A stretch of 64,000 nt of DNA from Polyangiaceae bacterium (GCA_044376115.1 JBILLK010000006.1:256001-320000), one strand, 5' to 3'. Positions 10,000 to 18,955 are shown, counted from the first letter of the stretch. Notes: generated by a model not told the origin, from the sequence alone. Numbers and translations: made by a program.

Positions 10000-11907
10000 A
10001 TGGCACACGGTTCGGCTGGTCGGTCGTCTCAACAAGGTCCAAGTTCATTTTGTTTTGCGCAACGACTCACAGGGGCTCGCCTGCTCACCGCCGCGTTCTT
10101 GACGCTCGCTGGTGCCGCTTGTGACCGCGACAGCGAATCGTCGGTCCCGGCGAGGACGTCGACCGTTCCCGTCGCCAGTACGACCAGCGACGTTGCTCCC
10201 GAAGTGACCGTCGCAGAGAAGCGCTCGTTTGCGCCCTCGAAGAAGGACTGCGAAACGGTGGCGGTGTTCGCCGAGGGCGAAACGCGCGGTTCGCTGTGTG
10301 TGGAGGACGTCGCCAAAGAAGGTCTCACCGTCGTCGACCTCGCTGACAGCTGGACCCCGCGCGTATTCATGCCCGATCCGCAGACCAAATCGGCGCCGGA
10401 GTACCGCCAAAAGTACCTCGAACTCGCCGGCTCGGAGAACGCCGATCTCGGGTTGAACGGCATCGCCAACAACGTGTCGCTGACCGCCCGCCGCCTGGTC
10501 GATGAGAAGCGGCACAGCTGCAACGCCGCGATTGAGCGCAAGCCGCTGGTCGAGCTCGCGGCAGCGACTTCGGCCGCAGCCAACGAGAAGGCTCGAGCTG
10601 CCTTGCTCAAGCAGCCGCAGGCGCGCGACGCGATCAAGGTGATTCAGTCCGAGCTCGTGTGCGCCGGCTTCCTCAAATCGAGCCAGGTTAGCGGTGTACT
10701 TACGCAAGCGACCCACGCCGCGCTCGAGGCCTTTCGCCGCAGAAACATGATCGTCGGAAGCGGGCTCGACAACGATACGCTCGCGGCCCTCGCCCTCGGC
10801 GGCGAAGAGCTCGCCTTTCGCGCGCTCCTGCGTGGAGTTCGCGAGCGCGTCGCTGAGGCCGCCGGCCTGATCGAGGATGGCACCGCCTCGGAGACCCGCG
10901 AGCTGGTGGTGGACCGCGCCATCGACCTCACACGCTTTGCGCCGCTGACCGAGGAGGCGCTGAAGAACGGTGCTCCCGACCTCGTCGACCGCGCTACCGA
11001 CCGCGCCGCGCGCGAGCTCGGTTGGGTCAGCCCGGAGTCCGCCCGTTCGTTCCTGGCCGCTCAGAGCAAACAGGAACTCGCGACCTTGCGCGTGGCCGTC
11101 GCGCTGCCGCAAGCTCCCGCCTATCACAGCGATGCGATGGAGCTGCGCGTCGAGGTGGACCGTGGCGACGTATTCCACGGCACTCCCAGTGAAGCTGCGT
11201 TGGCTCGGCGCAAGGCCGGCATCGCTCGTCCACCGACCTTCGTCGTCTACGCCAAAGACGGTGACAAGGAAGTCGCGTTGATTCGTTGGGCGACGACCAT
11301 CGGCGGCTGGAAGAAGGAGCGCCAAGAGGACGGCGAGATTGGGCTCAAGTACAAGGCCAGCGACGTCGGTGATCGCGTCTGGCGTCAAATCATCGCCGCA
11401 CCGGCTTGGATGCCGCCGGAGTCAACGCCCGAGACGGATCTCTTGCATGAGGACAAAGAAGGCAACGTTGCGTTGAAGCGCGACCTGATTCAACCCGGCT
11501 ATCGCAACGCCTACGGCCTGGTCATGCTGATTCACCACGAAGAGGTGACGCGAGGCGGAAAGACCAGCTACCTCGATCATGGCATTCGTACGCACGGCTC
11601 GGTGGACTACCGGTCGATCAAAAAGGGTACGAGCCACGGCTGCCATCGCCTTTACAACCAGCTCGCGTTGCGACTGAGCGGCTTTCTGCTCGACCACCGT
11701 ACGAGCGTGCGTCGCGGCAAGATGAAGACCGAGTATCGCCGCACGCTGCTGTGGAACGAGCAGACGGTCGAGGTGGAGGTCCCCACGCGCGGTTACCTGT
11801 TCGAGCTCAACCCTCCGGTGCCGGTGAGGGTGCTCGAGGGCAGCATCTCGGGCGACAAGCAGAGCCCCATTTCGATGTTGCCGGTCGACGAACCGAAGAA
11901 GGGCTAA
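10000..11907 (+). CDS. L,D-transpeptidase (YkuD-like) lipoprotein with peptidoglycan-binding-like segment
   Basis: Lipobox-like GAAC; PG-binding-like THAALEAFRRRN..GSGLDNDTLAAL; PAWMPP; catalytic IRTHGS...SHGCHRL. Confidence 0.75.
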   Translation: MAHGSAGRSSQQGPSSFCFAQRLTGARLLTAAFLTLAGAACDRDSESSVPARTSTVPVASTTSDVAPEVTVAEKRSFAPSKKDCETVAVFAEGETRGSLCVEDVAKEGLTVVDLADSWTPRVFMPDPQTKSAPEYRQKYLELAGSENADLGLNGIANNVSLTARRLVDEKRHSCNAAIERKPLVELAAATSAAANEKARAALLKQPQARDAIKVIQSELVCAGFLKSSQVSGVLTQATHAALEAFRRRNMIVGSGLDNDTLAALALGGEELAFRALLRGVRERVAEAAGLIEDGTASETRELVVDRAIDLTRFAPLTEEALKNGAPDLVDRATDRAARELGWVSPESARSFLAAQSKQELATLRVAVALPQAPAYHSDAMELRVEVDRGDVFHGTPSEAALARRKAGIARPPTFVVYAKDGDKEVALIRWATTIGGWKKERQEDGEIGLKYKASDVGDRVWRQIIAAPAWMPPESTPETDLLHEDKEGNVALKRDLIQPGYRNAYGLVMLIHHEEVTRGGKTSYLDHGIRTHGSVDYRSIKKGTSHGCHRLYNQLALRLSGFLLDHRTSVRRGKMKTEYRRTLLWNEQTVEVEVPTRGYLFELNPPVPVRVLEGSISGDKQSPISMLPVDEPKKG

Positions 11908-11928
11908 CGCGAGCAGCTCGTTGCTGCG

Positions 11929-14331
11929 ATGGGGGCACCTCGAGACTACACTCGCCGCGTGGAGTTCGAGATCGATGAAGAGACGACGCACGGGGACGGG
12001 GTGCGGCGGTCGCAACTTGAACTTTCACCGCAGCTCGTAGCCGGACGTTACGAGCTGCGAGCGTTGCTCGGAACGGGGGGAATGGGCAGCGTCTACCGCG
12101 TCTTCGACCGCGAGCTCGAGGAGGTGGTGGCGCTCAAGATGATCCGCCGCGACCTGCTCGGTAAGGCGGAGATGGTCGAACGATTCCGCCGCGAAGTCAG
12201 GCTGTCGCGGCGAGTAACTCATCGTAACGTCGCGCGCGTCTTCGACATCGGAGGGGCGGCCGGTGAGCGATTCTTCACGATGGAGTTCGTCGCTGGGCGC
12301 AGCCTCGGGTCGGCGTTGGAGCAGGCACGCTTGCCGGTGGGCGAGGTCCTGCGCATCGGGCGAGATCTCGCCCTCGGTCTCGCTGCCGCTCACGCCGTTG
12401 GCGTGGTCCATCGAGATCTGAAGCCCGACAACGTGATCGTCGCGCAGGACGGGCGGGCTGTGATCACCGACTTCGGGATCGCGCGCTCGCTCGAGCTTCC
12501 GCCCAGCGAAGATTCGCTCTCGGGGTCTTGGCTTGGCACCCCGGTCTACTTGTCGCCGGAGGTCGTGGTCGGCGGCGTCGCCGATGAGCGCAGCGATTTG
12601 TTTGCGTTGGGCGTGATGTTGTTCGAGGCGCTTACCGGCCGTCTACCGTGGGACGGAACCGATTTCGAGACGGTGGCCGCGCGGCTCGAGCTGCCCGCTA
12701 TGGACCCGCGCGACTTCAACGCCGTCGTCCCGGTCGAGTGTGCCCGGGCTCTGCTCGAATGCATGGCTCGGATGCCCGAGGATCGCCCGGGCTCCGCCGA
12801 GCGGATCGCGGCCGTGTTCGCGACCTGCGCCGACAGCTTCAAGGACCCTTCGCTGCGCGCGACGTTGCCGATGATCGCGTCGCCCACTTCGAGCGGCTTT
12901 GCGGTAGAGCGGCCACCCCCCAGCATCGCCAAAGCCGTCAGCGGCTTTCGAACCGTAGCCGTGCTGCCCTTCGAGGATGCTGGGAACGAGCAGGCGGGCT
13001 ACCTCTCGGAGGGCGTTACCGAGGCGTTGATCCTCGCATTGGGGCGGGCACCATCGCTCGCGGTGCGCCCTCGCGGGCGCGTGCTTCCGTTCAGGAAGAC
13101 CGGTCTCTTACCGCTCGAGCTCGGGCATCGTTTGGACGCAGAAGCGCTCGTGTTTGGCGCCGTGGTGAGCGACACCGCGCTTGCGCGCGTGGGGCTTCGC
13201 GTGATCGATTCGAATGAAGGCTTTCTGCTTTGGTCAGGCCACTTCGAGCGGCCGATCGATCAGCTGTTTCCGCTCATTCATGAGCTGGCCGCGGCGGTAA
13301 CGAACGTACTCTCGTCGGGCCGCCCTGCGCCCTGCGTTGAATCCAACGCGGCCGGTCTAACGGAGTTGCTGCTGCAGGCGCGGTACGCGTACCACTCCTT
13401 CTGGGAGCGGGACTCCACGCGAGCCGTCGCCTTTTTCGAGCAGGCTTTGCAGCTGGCCCCCGAGGATCCACGGGTGATCGCGGGGCACGCGCTGGCCTGT
13501 TTGCGCCTGAGCTTCTTCACCGGTGACGCGCTGGATCAAGTCCGCGCCGCTGTTGCCCACGCCGACAAGGTCGCTCCCAACCTTCCGGAAACGCTTTTGG
13601 CTCGGGCCTCGCTGCTGGTTCAAGAGAGCAAGCCGGTCGCGGCCGTGCTCGAGCTGTTGCGCGCGCTCGAACAGGCTCCGGATCTCGCCGAGGCCAACTG
13701 GCTGCTCGGCCGGCTGCTGCTCGAGTCGGACGCCGTGGAGCTGGCCGCGCGCCGCCTCGAATGGGCTCTCGCGATCGAGCCGGCGCTGACGGTTGCCCGT
13801 CGAGATTTGGCTCGGGCGCACGCGCTCTTGGGGCAGTGGCAGGAGGTTGAGCAGGTCGCTGCGAGCGAGCCCGATGCGACGCAGGTTGGCCCCTGGCTCG
13901 ACCGCGCCCGCTACGCGATGTGGAAACGTGACCCCGCCTTGGCCCGCCTTCATCTTTCGGCGCTGCCGAGCCCGACGGGGGCGACCGATGGCCCCCTCGA
14001 GATTGCCCGGGCCCTTTTGGCGATGGTGGCCGAGGCACGCTCACCGTTCCACGAGCCCGCGCTTCACGACTTCGTATTGAAAGCGCGAGGCACGCCGCGG
14101 CGCGGCGCGTTTGCTGCCCAAATCGAAGCGGAGCTGCACGCCTTTGGTGGGGCTCGCGAGGACGCCTTGCGCGCGATCAAGGCCGCGCTGCACGCGGGCT
14201 TGACCGATCTCTCTTGGCTCGAGCGTTGTCCGCTCTTCAACGACCTGCGCGAGGATGAGGCCTTTCAAAGGGCGCGGCTGGAAGTCGGGCTCGTAGCGGC
14301 TCCGGTTCGTGAGGCCATCGTGGGAGCGTGA
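11929..14331 (+). CDS. Ser/Thr protein kinase with TolB-like (VAVLPF) domain and TPR region
   Basis: LGTGGMGSVY, VALK, HRDLKPDN, DFG, GTPVYLSPE; TVAVLPFED...YLSEGVTEALI; Ala/Leu helical repeats. Start may be GTG 11959. Confidence 0.9.
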   Translation: MGAPRDYTRRVEFEIDEETTHGDGVRRSQLELSPQLVAGRYELRALLGTGGMGSVYRVFDRELEEVVALKMIRRDLLGKAEMVERFRREVRLSRRVTHRNVARVFDIGGAAGERFFTMEFVAGRSLGSALEQARLPVGEVLRIGRDLALGLAAAHAVGVVHRDLKPDNVIVAQDGRAVITDFGIARSLELPPSEDSLSGSWLGTPVYLSPEVVVGGVADERSDLFALGVMLFEALTGRLPWDGTDFETVAARLELPAMDPRDFNAVVPVECARALLECMARMPEDRPGSAERIAAVFATCADSFKDPSLRATLPMIASPTSSGFAVERPPPSIAKAVSGFRTVAVLPFEDAGNEQAGYLSEGVTEALILALGRAPSLAVRPRGRVLPFRKTGLLPLELGHRLDAEALVFGAVVSDTALARVGLRVIDSNEGFLLWSGHFERPIDQLFPLIHELAAAVTNVLSSGRPAPCVESNAAGLTELLLQARYAYHSFWERDSTRAVAFFEQALQLAPEDPRVIAGHALACLRLSFFTGDALDQVRAAVAHADKVAPNLPETLLARASLLVQESKPVAAVLELLRALEQAPDLAEANWLLGRLLLESDAVELAARRLEWALAIEPALTVARRDLARAHALLGQWQEVEQVAASEPDATQVGPWLDRARYAMWKRDPALARLHLSALPSPTGATDGPLEIARALLAMVAEARSPFHEPALHDFVLKARGTPRRGAFAAQIEAELHAFGGAREDALRAIKAALHAGLTDLSWLERCPLFNDLREDEAFQRARLEVGLVAAPVREAIVGA

Positions 14332-14392
14332 ACGCGCTCAGCAACGTCTGTTTTCGCGTGACTGACCGCTCGGTTGCGCTACCGTCCGCGCC

Positions 14393-14887
14393 ATGATCAA
14401 CATCGGCGACACGCTTCCTGACGCTTCCCTCACTGAGTCGCTCGAGTTCGGCGACGCCTGCCCCCTCCCGCCCCAGAAGCTCAGCGTGGCTGAGCTTACC
14501 AAGGGCAAAACGATCGCCATCTTCGGCCTCCCCGGCGCCTACACGCCCACGTGCTCTGGCCAGCACGTGCCGGGTTATCTCGCCAATCATGACGCGCTCA
14601 AAGCCAAGGGCGTCGACGAGATCTGGTGTGTCTCGGTCAACGACGGCTTCGTGATGGCGGCCTGGGGTCGTGATCAGAAGGCCATCGGCAAGATTCGCTT
14701 TCTTGGGGACGGCTCGGCTGAGTTCGCCAAGAAGCTCGGTCTCGACATCGACATCCCGGGCATGGGCGTTCGCGTTAAGCGCTTCTCGCTGCTCGCCAAA
14801 GACGGCGTGGTCAAGCAGCTCAACATTGAAGGCCCCGGCAAATTCGAGGTCTCCAACGCGGAAACCATGCTGGGTCAATTGGGCTGA
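14393..14887 (+). CDS. Peroxiredoxin, Prx5/type II family
   Basis: FGLPGAYTPTCSGQHVPGY, CVSVNDGFVMAAWG, DGSAEFAKKLGL. Confidence 0.92.
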   Translation: MINIGDTLPDASLTESLEFGDACPLPPQKLSVAELTKGKTIAIFGLPGAYTPTCSGQHVPGYLANHDALKAKGVDEIWCVSVNDGFVMAAWGRDQKAIGKIRFLGDGSAEFAKKLGLDIDIPGMGVRVKRFSLLAKDGVVKQLNIEGPGKFEVSNAETMLGQLG

Positions 14888-14909
14888 GCAGGGTCAATTA
14901 GGCTGAGCA
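14872..14909 (+). repeat. Tandem 19-bp direct repeat (1 mismatch) spanning the peroxiredoxin stop codon
   Basis: gggtcaattgggctgagca followed immediately by gggtcaattaggctgagca. Confidence 0.85.
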
Positions 14910-14930
14910 CGCTCGCTTCAGCGGCGTCGT

Positions 14931-14975
14931 AACAATGCTCGGGAGCGCTCACGCGCTGCCCGAGCATTGTTCTTT
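14931..14975 (+). terminator. Stem-loop, probable intrinsic terminator
   Basis: aacaatgctcggg pairs with cccgagcattgtt, with inner stem agcgc/gcgct, followed by cttt. Confidence 0.7.
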
Positions 14976-15001
14976 CGAATCCGCCAACGTATGTACCAAA
15001 C

Positions 15002-15508
15002 ATGAACTACGTTCGCTTTGTCTCGGTCCTTGCGGTTTCATTGCTCGCTTGCGGAGACAGCTCCGGGTCGGGAGCGAGCGCAACCGGCGCAGCCGGCGGT
15101 GGTGGCAGCGATAGCGGCGGAGCAGGCGGCACCGGAGCCGGCGGTGCGGACTCGGGTGGCGGCGGCGCTTCAGGAGGCGCGGGTGCAGTAGGGAACTCGG
15201 GCGGAGGTGGAGCCGGCGCCGGCGGAGCCTGCTTCGACCCTGGCCCGCTCGAGTTCGCCCCTGCGATGGGGAACCCGGAGTGCCTCACGTTCGAATCGGC
15301 CAGCGCGCTGTGTGGCTTCTCTTCCGGCAACGAGGTCTGCGACTTCGCCGTGGCCTGCGGCATCACCTCAGACGTCGGCCAGTGTCAGATCAACTGTGAG
15401 CAAGGCTCGGCTTCATTCTGCAATAGCCCGGAGATGGTCGATTGCTTGATCGCGAGCGTATGTGCAGAGGATTGTGATGCAGCCGCTGCTTGCGGCGTAA
15501 TTCTCTGA
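15002..15508 (+). CDS. Lipoprotein with Gly-rich tether and Cys-rich C-terminal domain, function unknown
   Basis: Lipobox LLAC; Gly/Ala/Ser linker; 12 Cys in the last ~90 aa. Confidence 0.75.
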   Translation: MNYVRFVSVLAVSLLACGDSSGSGASATGAAGGGGSDSGGAGGTGAGGADSGGGGASGGAGAVGNSGGGGAGAGGACFDPGPLEFAPAMGNPECLTFESASALCGFSSGNEVCDFAVACGITSDVGQCQINCEQGSASFCNSPEMVDCLIASVCAEDCDAAAACGVIL

Positions 15509-15509
15509 G

Positions 15510-17777
15510 CTAATCGACAATCGGAAGCCGGCGCGCTTCAGGTTTGGCCGGCGCGGCCGGCGCCGTTTTGGCCGCCACCCGCGGCAGCTCATCTTGGCTC
15601 CTTGCCTTTACGTAGTAAACGCTGCCCTGCGGTTCCACAGCCTCGAAGCCTTTGCCGTTCCAGATCGCACGCACCAACTGCTGTCCCCACTCGGAAGCCA
15701 CGGGCGTCACCACCACCGCACCCGTGCGCAACACCTGTCCGAGCGCCGGATCGAGCTCCTTGGCTGCGTAGCCGCAAACCACTGCGTCGAAGCCGCGCTC
15801 ATCCCCCAAGCAGGCTAATGCGGCCTTCAGGCACGCTTGCTCCTGCGCGTCTCCGGCGACAAGCTGCGCCCTGGGGTGCGCGACTCGGCGCCCCAACTCG
15901 ACCAGGGCCGGGTCGAGCTCGAGGCTCACGACGGTACCCGCTTCCCCCACCAATTCGCAGAGTAGGCTCGCCCCGTAGCCGGTCCCACCGCCAAGATCCA
16001 AGACCCGCATCCCGGGCTTGATCCCTGCGAGCGAGAACGTCTTTAGATAGGCGTGTAAAGCGCTGACCGTCGTCATGCCGGTCGAGTCGAGCGCGATCGC
16101 CTCGTCCTTGGCGCTCTCCTGTAAACAGTCGAGCGGAACGAACAGCTCGCGCCGAATGAGCGAAACAGCTCGCTTCAATGCGAGTACGAAAGGTGTCTCG
16201 CGCTCCTCTGCGGTGAGCTGCCGCTCGAGTACTTCGCCAAACGCTTGATCGCGTTCCTCGCGATAAAGCCGCTCGGCAAACTCATCCGCCAAGAGCTCGC
16301 TGCTAGCCTTCTGTCGTTTACCTGTGTATCGGTTCCAAGCGTAGTAGCGGGACGTGTAGTGAAGCTGCGTCTTGCGTTTGAATTGATCGATTTGCTCGTC
16401 AATCGCCAAGGTGAAGTAGTCCCGCGCCGGACCTTGGTAGACAAAGTTGTCGCGAATGCCCCTTAGGATAGGAGCATAAAGCTGCTCGGTGAGGGCGGCG
16501 CGGTGTCGATAGCTAAGCTCCGCCGAGGGATCCACCCACTCGGCGAGGAACTCCTGGTCACCGTCTTTCCACCACTCTGGACGGTGAAAGCGCGTGCCAA
16601 ATCGCCGCTCCCAATCGCCGCGCTCGTCGTCGATGGGTGAGCCGGGATAGAGCCTGAACGGGTCTACCGAGAGAAAGCCGGTGACTCCTCGCGGATCGAG
16701 AAAGAGCTGCTCGAGGTAGCGAGCCGAGGTGCGCATCGAGCTTTCGGTCTCGCCCGGATGCCCGACGATGACGTTGGCGCCCCAGGCCACGCCGAGTTCG
16801 CGGGCTCGCTGGGAGACATGCAACATCTTATCGAGATAGTCGTGTAGTCGACCTGCTTTTCGGATCGTCGCTAGCTGCTCTGGGTCTCCCGACTCGAGCC
16901 CGAAGCCGAGCGCACAGTTCGCCGCGCCGAACAGCTCCAAGTCTTCATCGTCGATCATGTCGACGCGCACCAGCAGCCAGAACTTGCGCGCCGGTAGCGA
17001 CAACTTCGCCAGCTCCTTGAGGAACTCCCGCCGCCACTTCTTGCGCATGCCAAACAGCGCGTCAGCAAAGTAGACCGTCAGCCCGGTGAGATCGAAGTAA
17101 GCGTGTGCGCGCTGAACTTCATCGAGGGCGCGCGAGACCGAGAGCGGGCGCCAGCTCACTTCGCGCTTGGCGCGCTCCATACAAAAGGCGCAATCAAAGG
17201 GGCAGCCTCGCGAAAGATAGAGCTCAATCTGGCTAGCGAAGCGACGTAGGTGCGGCTTGTAGCGATCGAGGAAGCTCCAGTCGCTGGGTGCGAGCTCTGC
17301 CAGGTCTTCCACTGGGTCGGAGCTCAAGATGGTTTGACGCATCGGACTGTTGCGCTGCACCGACTCGACCACTTTGCGCAGCCCATGTTCGCCCTCGCCC
17401 ACGATGGCCACATCGAAGGGAGAGCCTTCTTCCATGAAGTCGGTCGGGCGTGCGCTCACGTGATAGCCGCCCGCTACGAACGTCGCCTCCGGCAGCAGCG
17501 TGCGAGCGACCGTCGCGATGGCTTCCAGCTTCAGAAAGTCGAAGCTCGAATAGACACTAAAACCGACGACGTCATAGCCCTTCCCATCGGGGCCCTTGAA
17601 CACCGCGCGCAGGTCCACAGCGCCAAGTGCGCGCTCAGCGTAGAGATCGACGATCGTCACCTGGGCGCCGGTGGTCGCCCGCAGGTAACTAGCCAACGTG
17701 ACCAACTGCGGACAGCCGAAGTTGCCGGCGGCGGCGCCGTCTGTTCCCGGCCAAAGCAAAAGTACCTTCACGCTCAT
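15510..17777 (-). CDS. B12-binding radical SAM protein fused to a C-terminal protein-L-isoaspartate O-methyltransferase (PIMT)-like domain
   Basis: N-terminal B12-binding-type segment (DVVGFSVYSS, VAGGYH, IVGEGE); SRGCPFDCAFC (CxxxCxxC); FGLESG; IVGHPGET; C-terminal RELFVP...TVSALH...PGMRVLDLGGGTGY...VVSLELD...GD...FDAVV...GAVVVTPV. Confidence 0.8.
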   Translation of the reverse strand: MSVKVLLLWPGTDGAAAGNFGCPQLVTLASYLRATTGAQVTIVDLYAERALGAVDLRAVFKGPDGKGYDVVGFSVYSSFDFLKLEAIATVARTLLPEATFVAGGYHVSARPTDFMEEGSPFDVAIVGEGEHGLRKVVESVQRNSPMRQTILSSDPVEDLAELAPSDWSFLDRYKPHLRRFASQIELYLSRGCPFDCAFCMERAKREVSWRPLSVSRALDEVQRAHAYFDLTGLTVYFADALFGMRKKWRREFLKELAKLSLPARKFWLLVRVDMIDDEDLELFGAANCALGFGLESGDPEQLATIRKAGRLHDYLDKMLHVSQRARELGVAWGANVIVGHPGETESSMRTSARYLEQLFLDPRGVTGFLSVDPFRLYPGSPIDDERGDWERRFGTRFHRPEWWKDGDQEFLAEWVDPSAELSYRHRAALTEQLYAPILRGIRDNFVYQGPARDYFTLAIDEQIDQFKRKTQLHYTSRYYAWNRYTGKRQKASSELLADEFAERLYREERDQAFGEVLERQLTAEERETPFVLALKRAVSLIRRELFVPLDCLQESAKDEAIALDSTGMTTVSALHAYLKTFSLAGIKPGMRVLDLGGGTGYGASLLCELVGEAGTVVSLELDPALVELGRRVAHPRAQLVAGDAQEQACLKAALACLGDERGFDAVVCGYAAKELDPALGQVLRTGAVVVTPVASEWGQQLVRAIWNGKGFEAVEPQGSVYYVKARSQDELPRVAAKTAPAAPAKPEARRLPIVD

Positions 17778-18889
17778 GTGCGCTCGAGCGCCTTCGCGCG
17801 ACGAAGCCGTGATGCCGGAACGAACGGCGCGTGGTTAGCTGCGGACGTCGTCGCGCGCGCGGCTTTGAGCTGCGCGGCAAAGGCGTCGTCGACATGCTGA
17901 GCAACGAAGGGATCGAGGCCGTGTGCGCCGAGCACTGCCAGTCCGGCCGCTCCACAACCGCCCATACAGGAGGTCTTGAGCGGACACGGCTGGCAGAACT
18001 CGGGCGTGACGTCGCGGTAGTGCATCACCGCGTCGGACTCGACCAAGCTTGCGAACGATTGTACCCGCGCATCGCCGATTGAATCGGCGTGCAGCGTGCA
18101 ATGCCGCAGCTCGCCTTTCGGCCCAAGGGCGAACTCTTGCATCTCGGTGCCGATGGGGCACGACGAGAAGTTCAGGTGCGGAAAATCCGTCTGTTCGACC
18201 ACGCAGGCGGGCACCGGCATGGTGACCTGCAGCCGCATCCCAGCCGCTCCGAAGGGCTCGGCTTGGCGCAGGGCTTCGATCAGCTCGCTGCGCGAAGGCA
18301 GCAATTCCGCCGTTTGGTTTGCTGCGTAGCCGGCGGGTGAGAAGCGCGAGAGCGCGACCTCGGTCGCGCCGAGTGACCGCCAAAGTTCGAGGATCTCCGA
18401 GACCACCCGCGCATTCTTGCGCGTGATGACGATGCAGCCGGAGACCGCGACGCCATGCTTTTGCAACAACCGAATACCCTCCAGCGTGGGCTGGAAGCAG
18501 TCTTTTCCGACGTGTTCTTCGTGAAGCTCTTGCGAGGGCCCGTTCAAGGTGACCTGCACGAAAAAGGGATCGAACGTCGCCAGTCGAGCGGCCTGACTTT
18601 CGCTTATCACCCCGCCGTTCGAGATGATCAGCGCCCGTTTGCCATGGCGCTGCACGATCTCGAGGATCTCGAAGATCTCCGGCCGAGCGAAGGGCTCTCC
18701 ACCGGTTAGCGTCACGTGGTCGAAGTCCACCTCGGTGAGGGCCTTGTCCACCAAAGAGAGCAGTTCTTCGCGCGGTAGCGAGCCAACGTCCCCAGGAGCT
18801 TCGCGCCAATCGTTGTAGCAGTAGCCGCATTTCTGGTTACAGAACGCGGTCAGCTCGATCGCCAAGGAGTAGCGTTTCGGTCGGCTCAC
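17774..18889 (-). CDS. Radical SAM/SPASM domain protein (PqqE/AlbA-like)
   Basis: ELTAFCNQKCGYCYN, LTGGEP, ISNG; SPASM Cys pattern CPIG...GELRHC...CQPCPLKTSCMGGC; stop overlaps the next start (ATGA). Confidence 0.88.
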   Translation of the reverse strand: MSRPKRYSLAIELTAFCNQKCGYCYNDWREAPGDVGSLPREELLSLVDKALTEVDFDHVTLTGGEPFARPEIFEILEIVQRHGKRALIISNGGVISESQAARLATFDPFFVQVTLNGPSQELHEEHVGKDCFQPTLEGIRLLQKHGVAVSGCIVITRKNARVVSEILELWRSLGATEVALSRFSPAGYAANQTAELLPSRSELIEALRQAEPFGAAGMRLQVTMPVPACVVEQTDFPHLNFSSCPIGTEMQEFALGPKGELRHCTLHADSIGDARVQSFASLVESDAVMHYRDVTPEFCQPCPLKTSCMGGCGAAGLAVLGAHGLDPFVAQHVDDAFAAQLKAARATTSAANHAPFVPASRLRRAKALERT

Positions 18890-18933
18890 CTGGGCAGGTT
18901 ACCACCGAAGCCGGAGCTGGTTCTCGTCTGCTC

Positions 18934-18955
18934 ATTGTTGCGCTGGCGCAACGAT
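18934..18955. promoter_or_regulatory. Dyad operator (LysR-type) between the divergent rSAM operon and yceI
   Basis: attGTTGCG-ctgg-CGCAACgat; a related TTGC-N6-GCAA site precedes the lysR gene. Confidence 0.5.

Noticed and set aside
10045..11388. 447-aa minus-strand ORF and many similar long antisense ORFs (e.g. 34462-35496, 1897-2625)
   Set aside because: Typical high-GC shadow frames opposite motif-bearing genes; no recognisable motifs.
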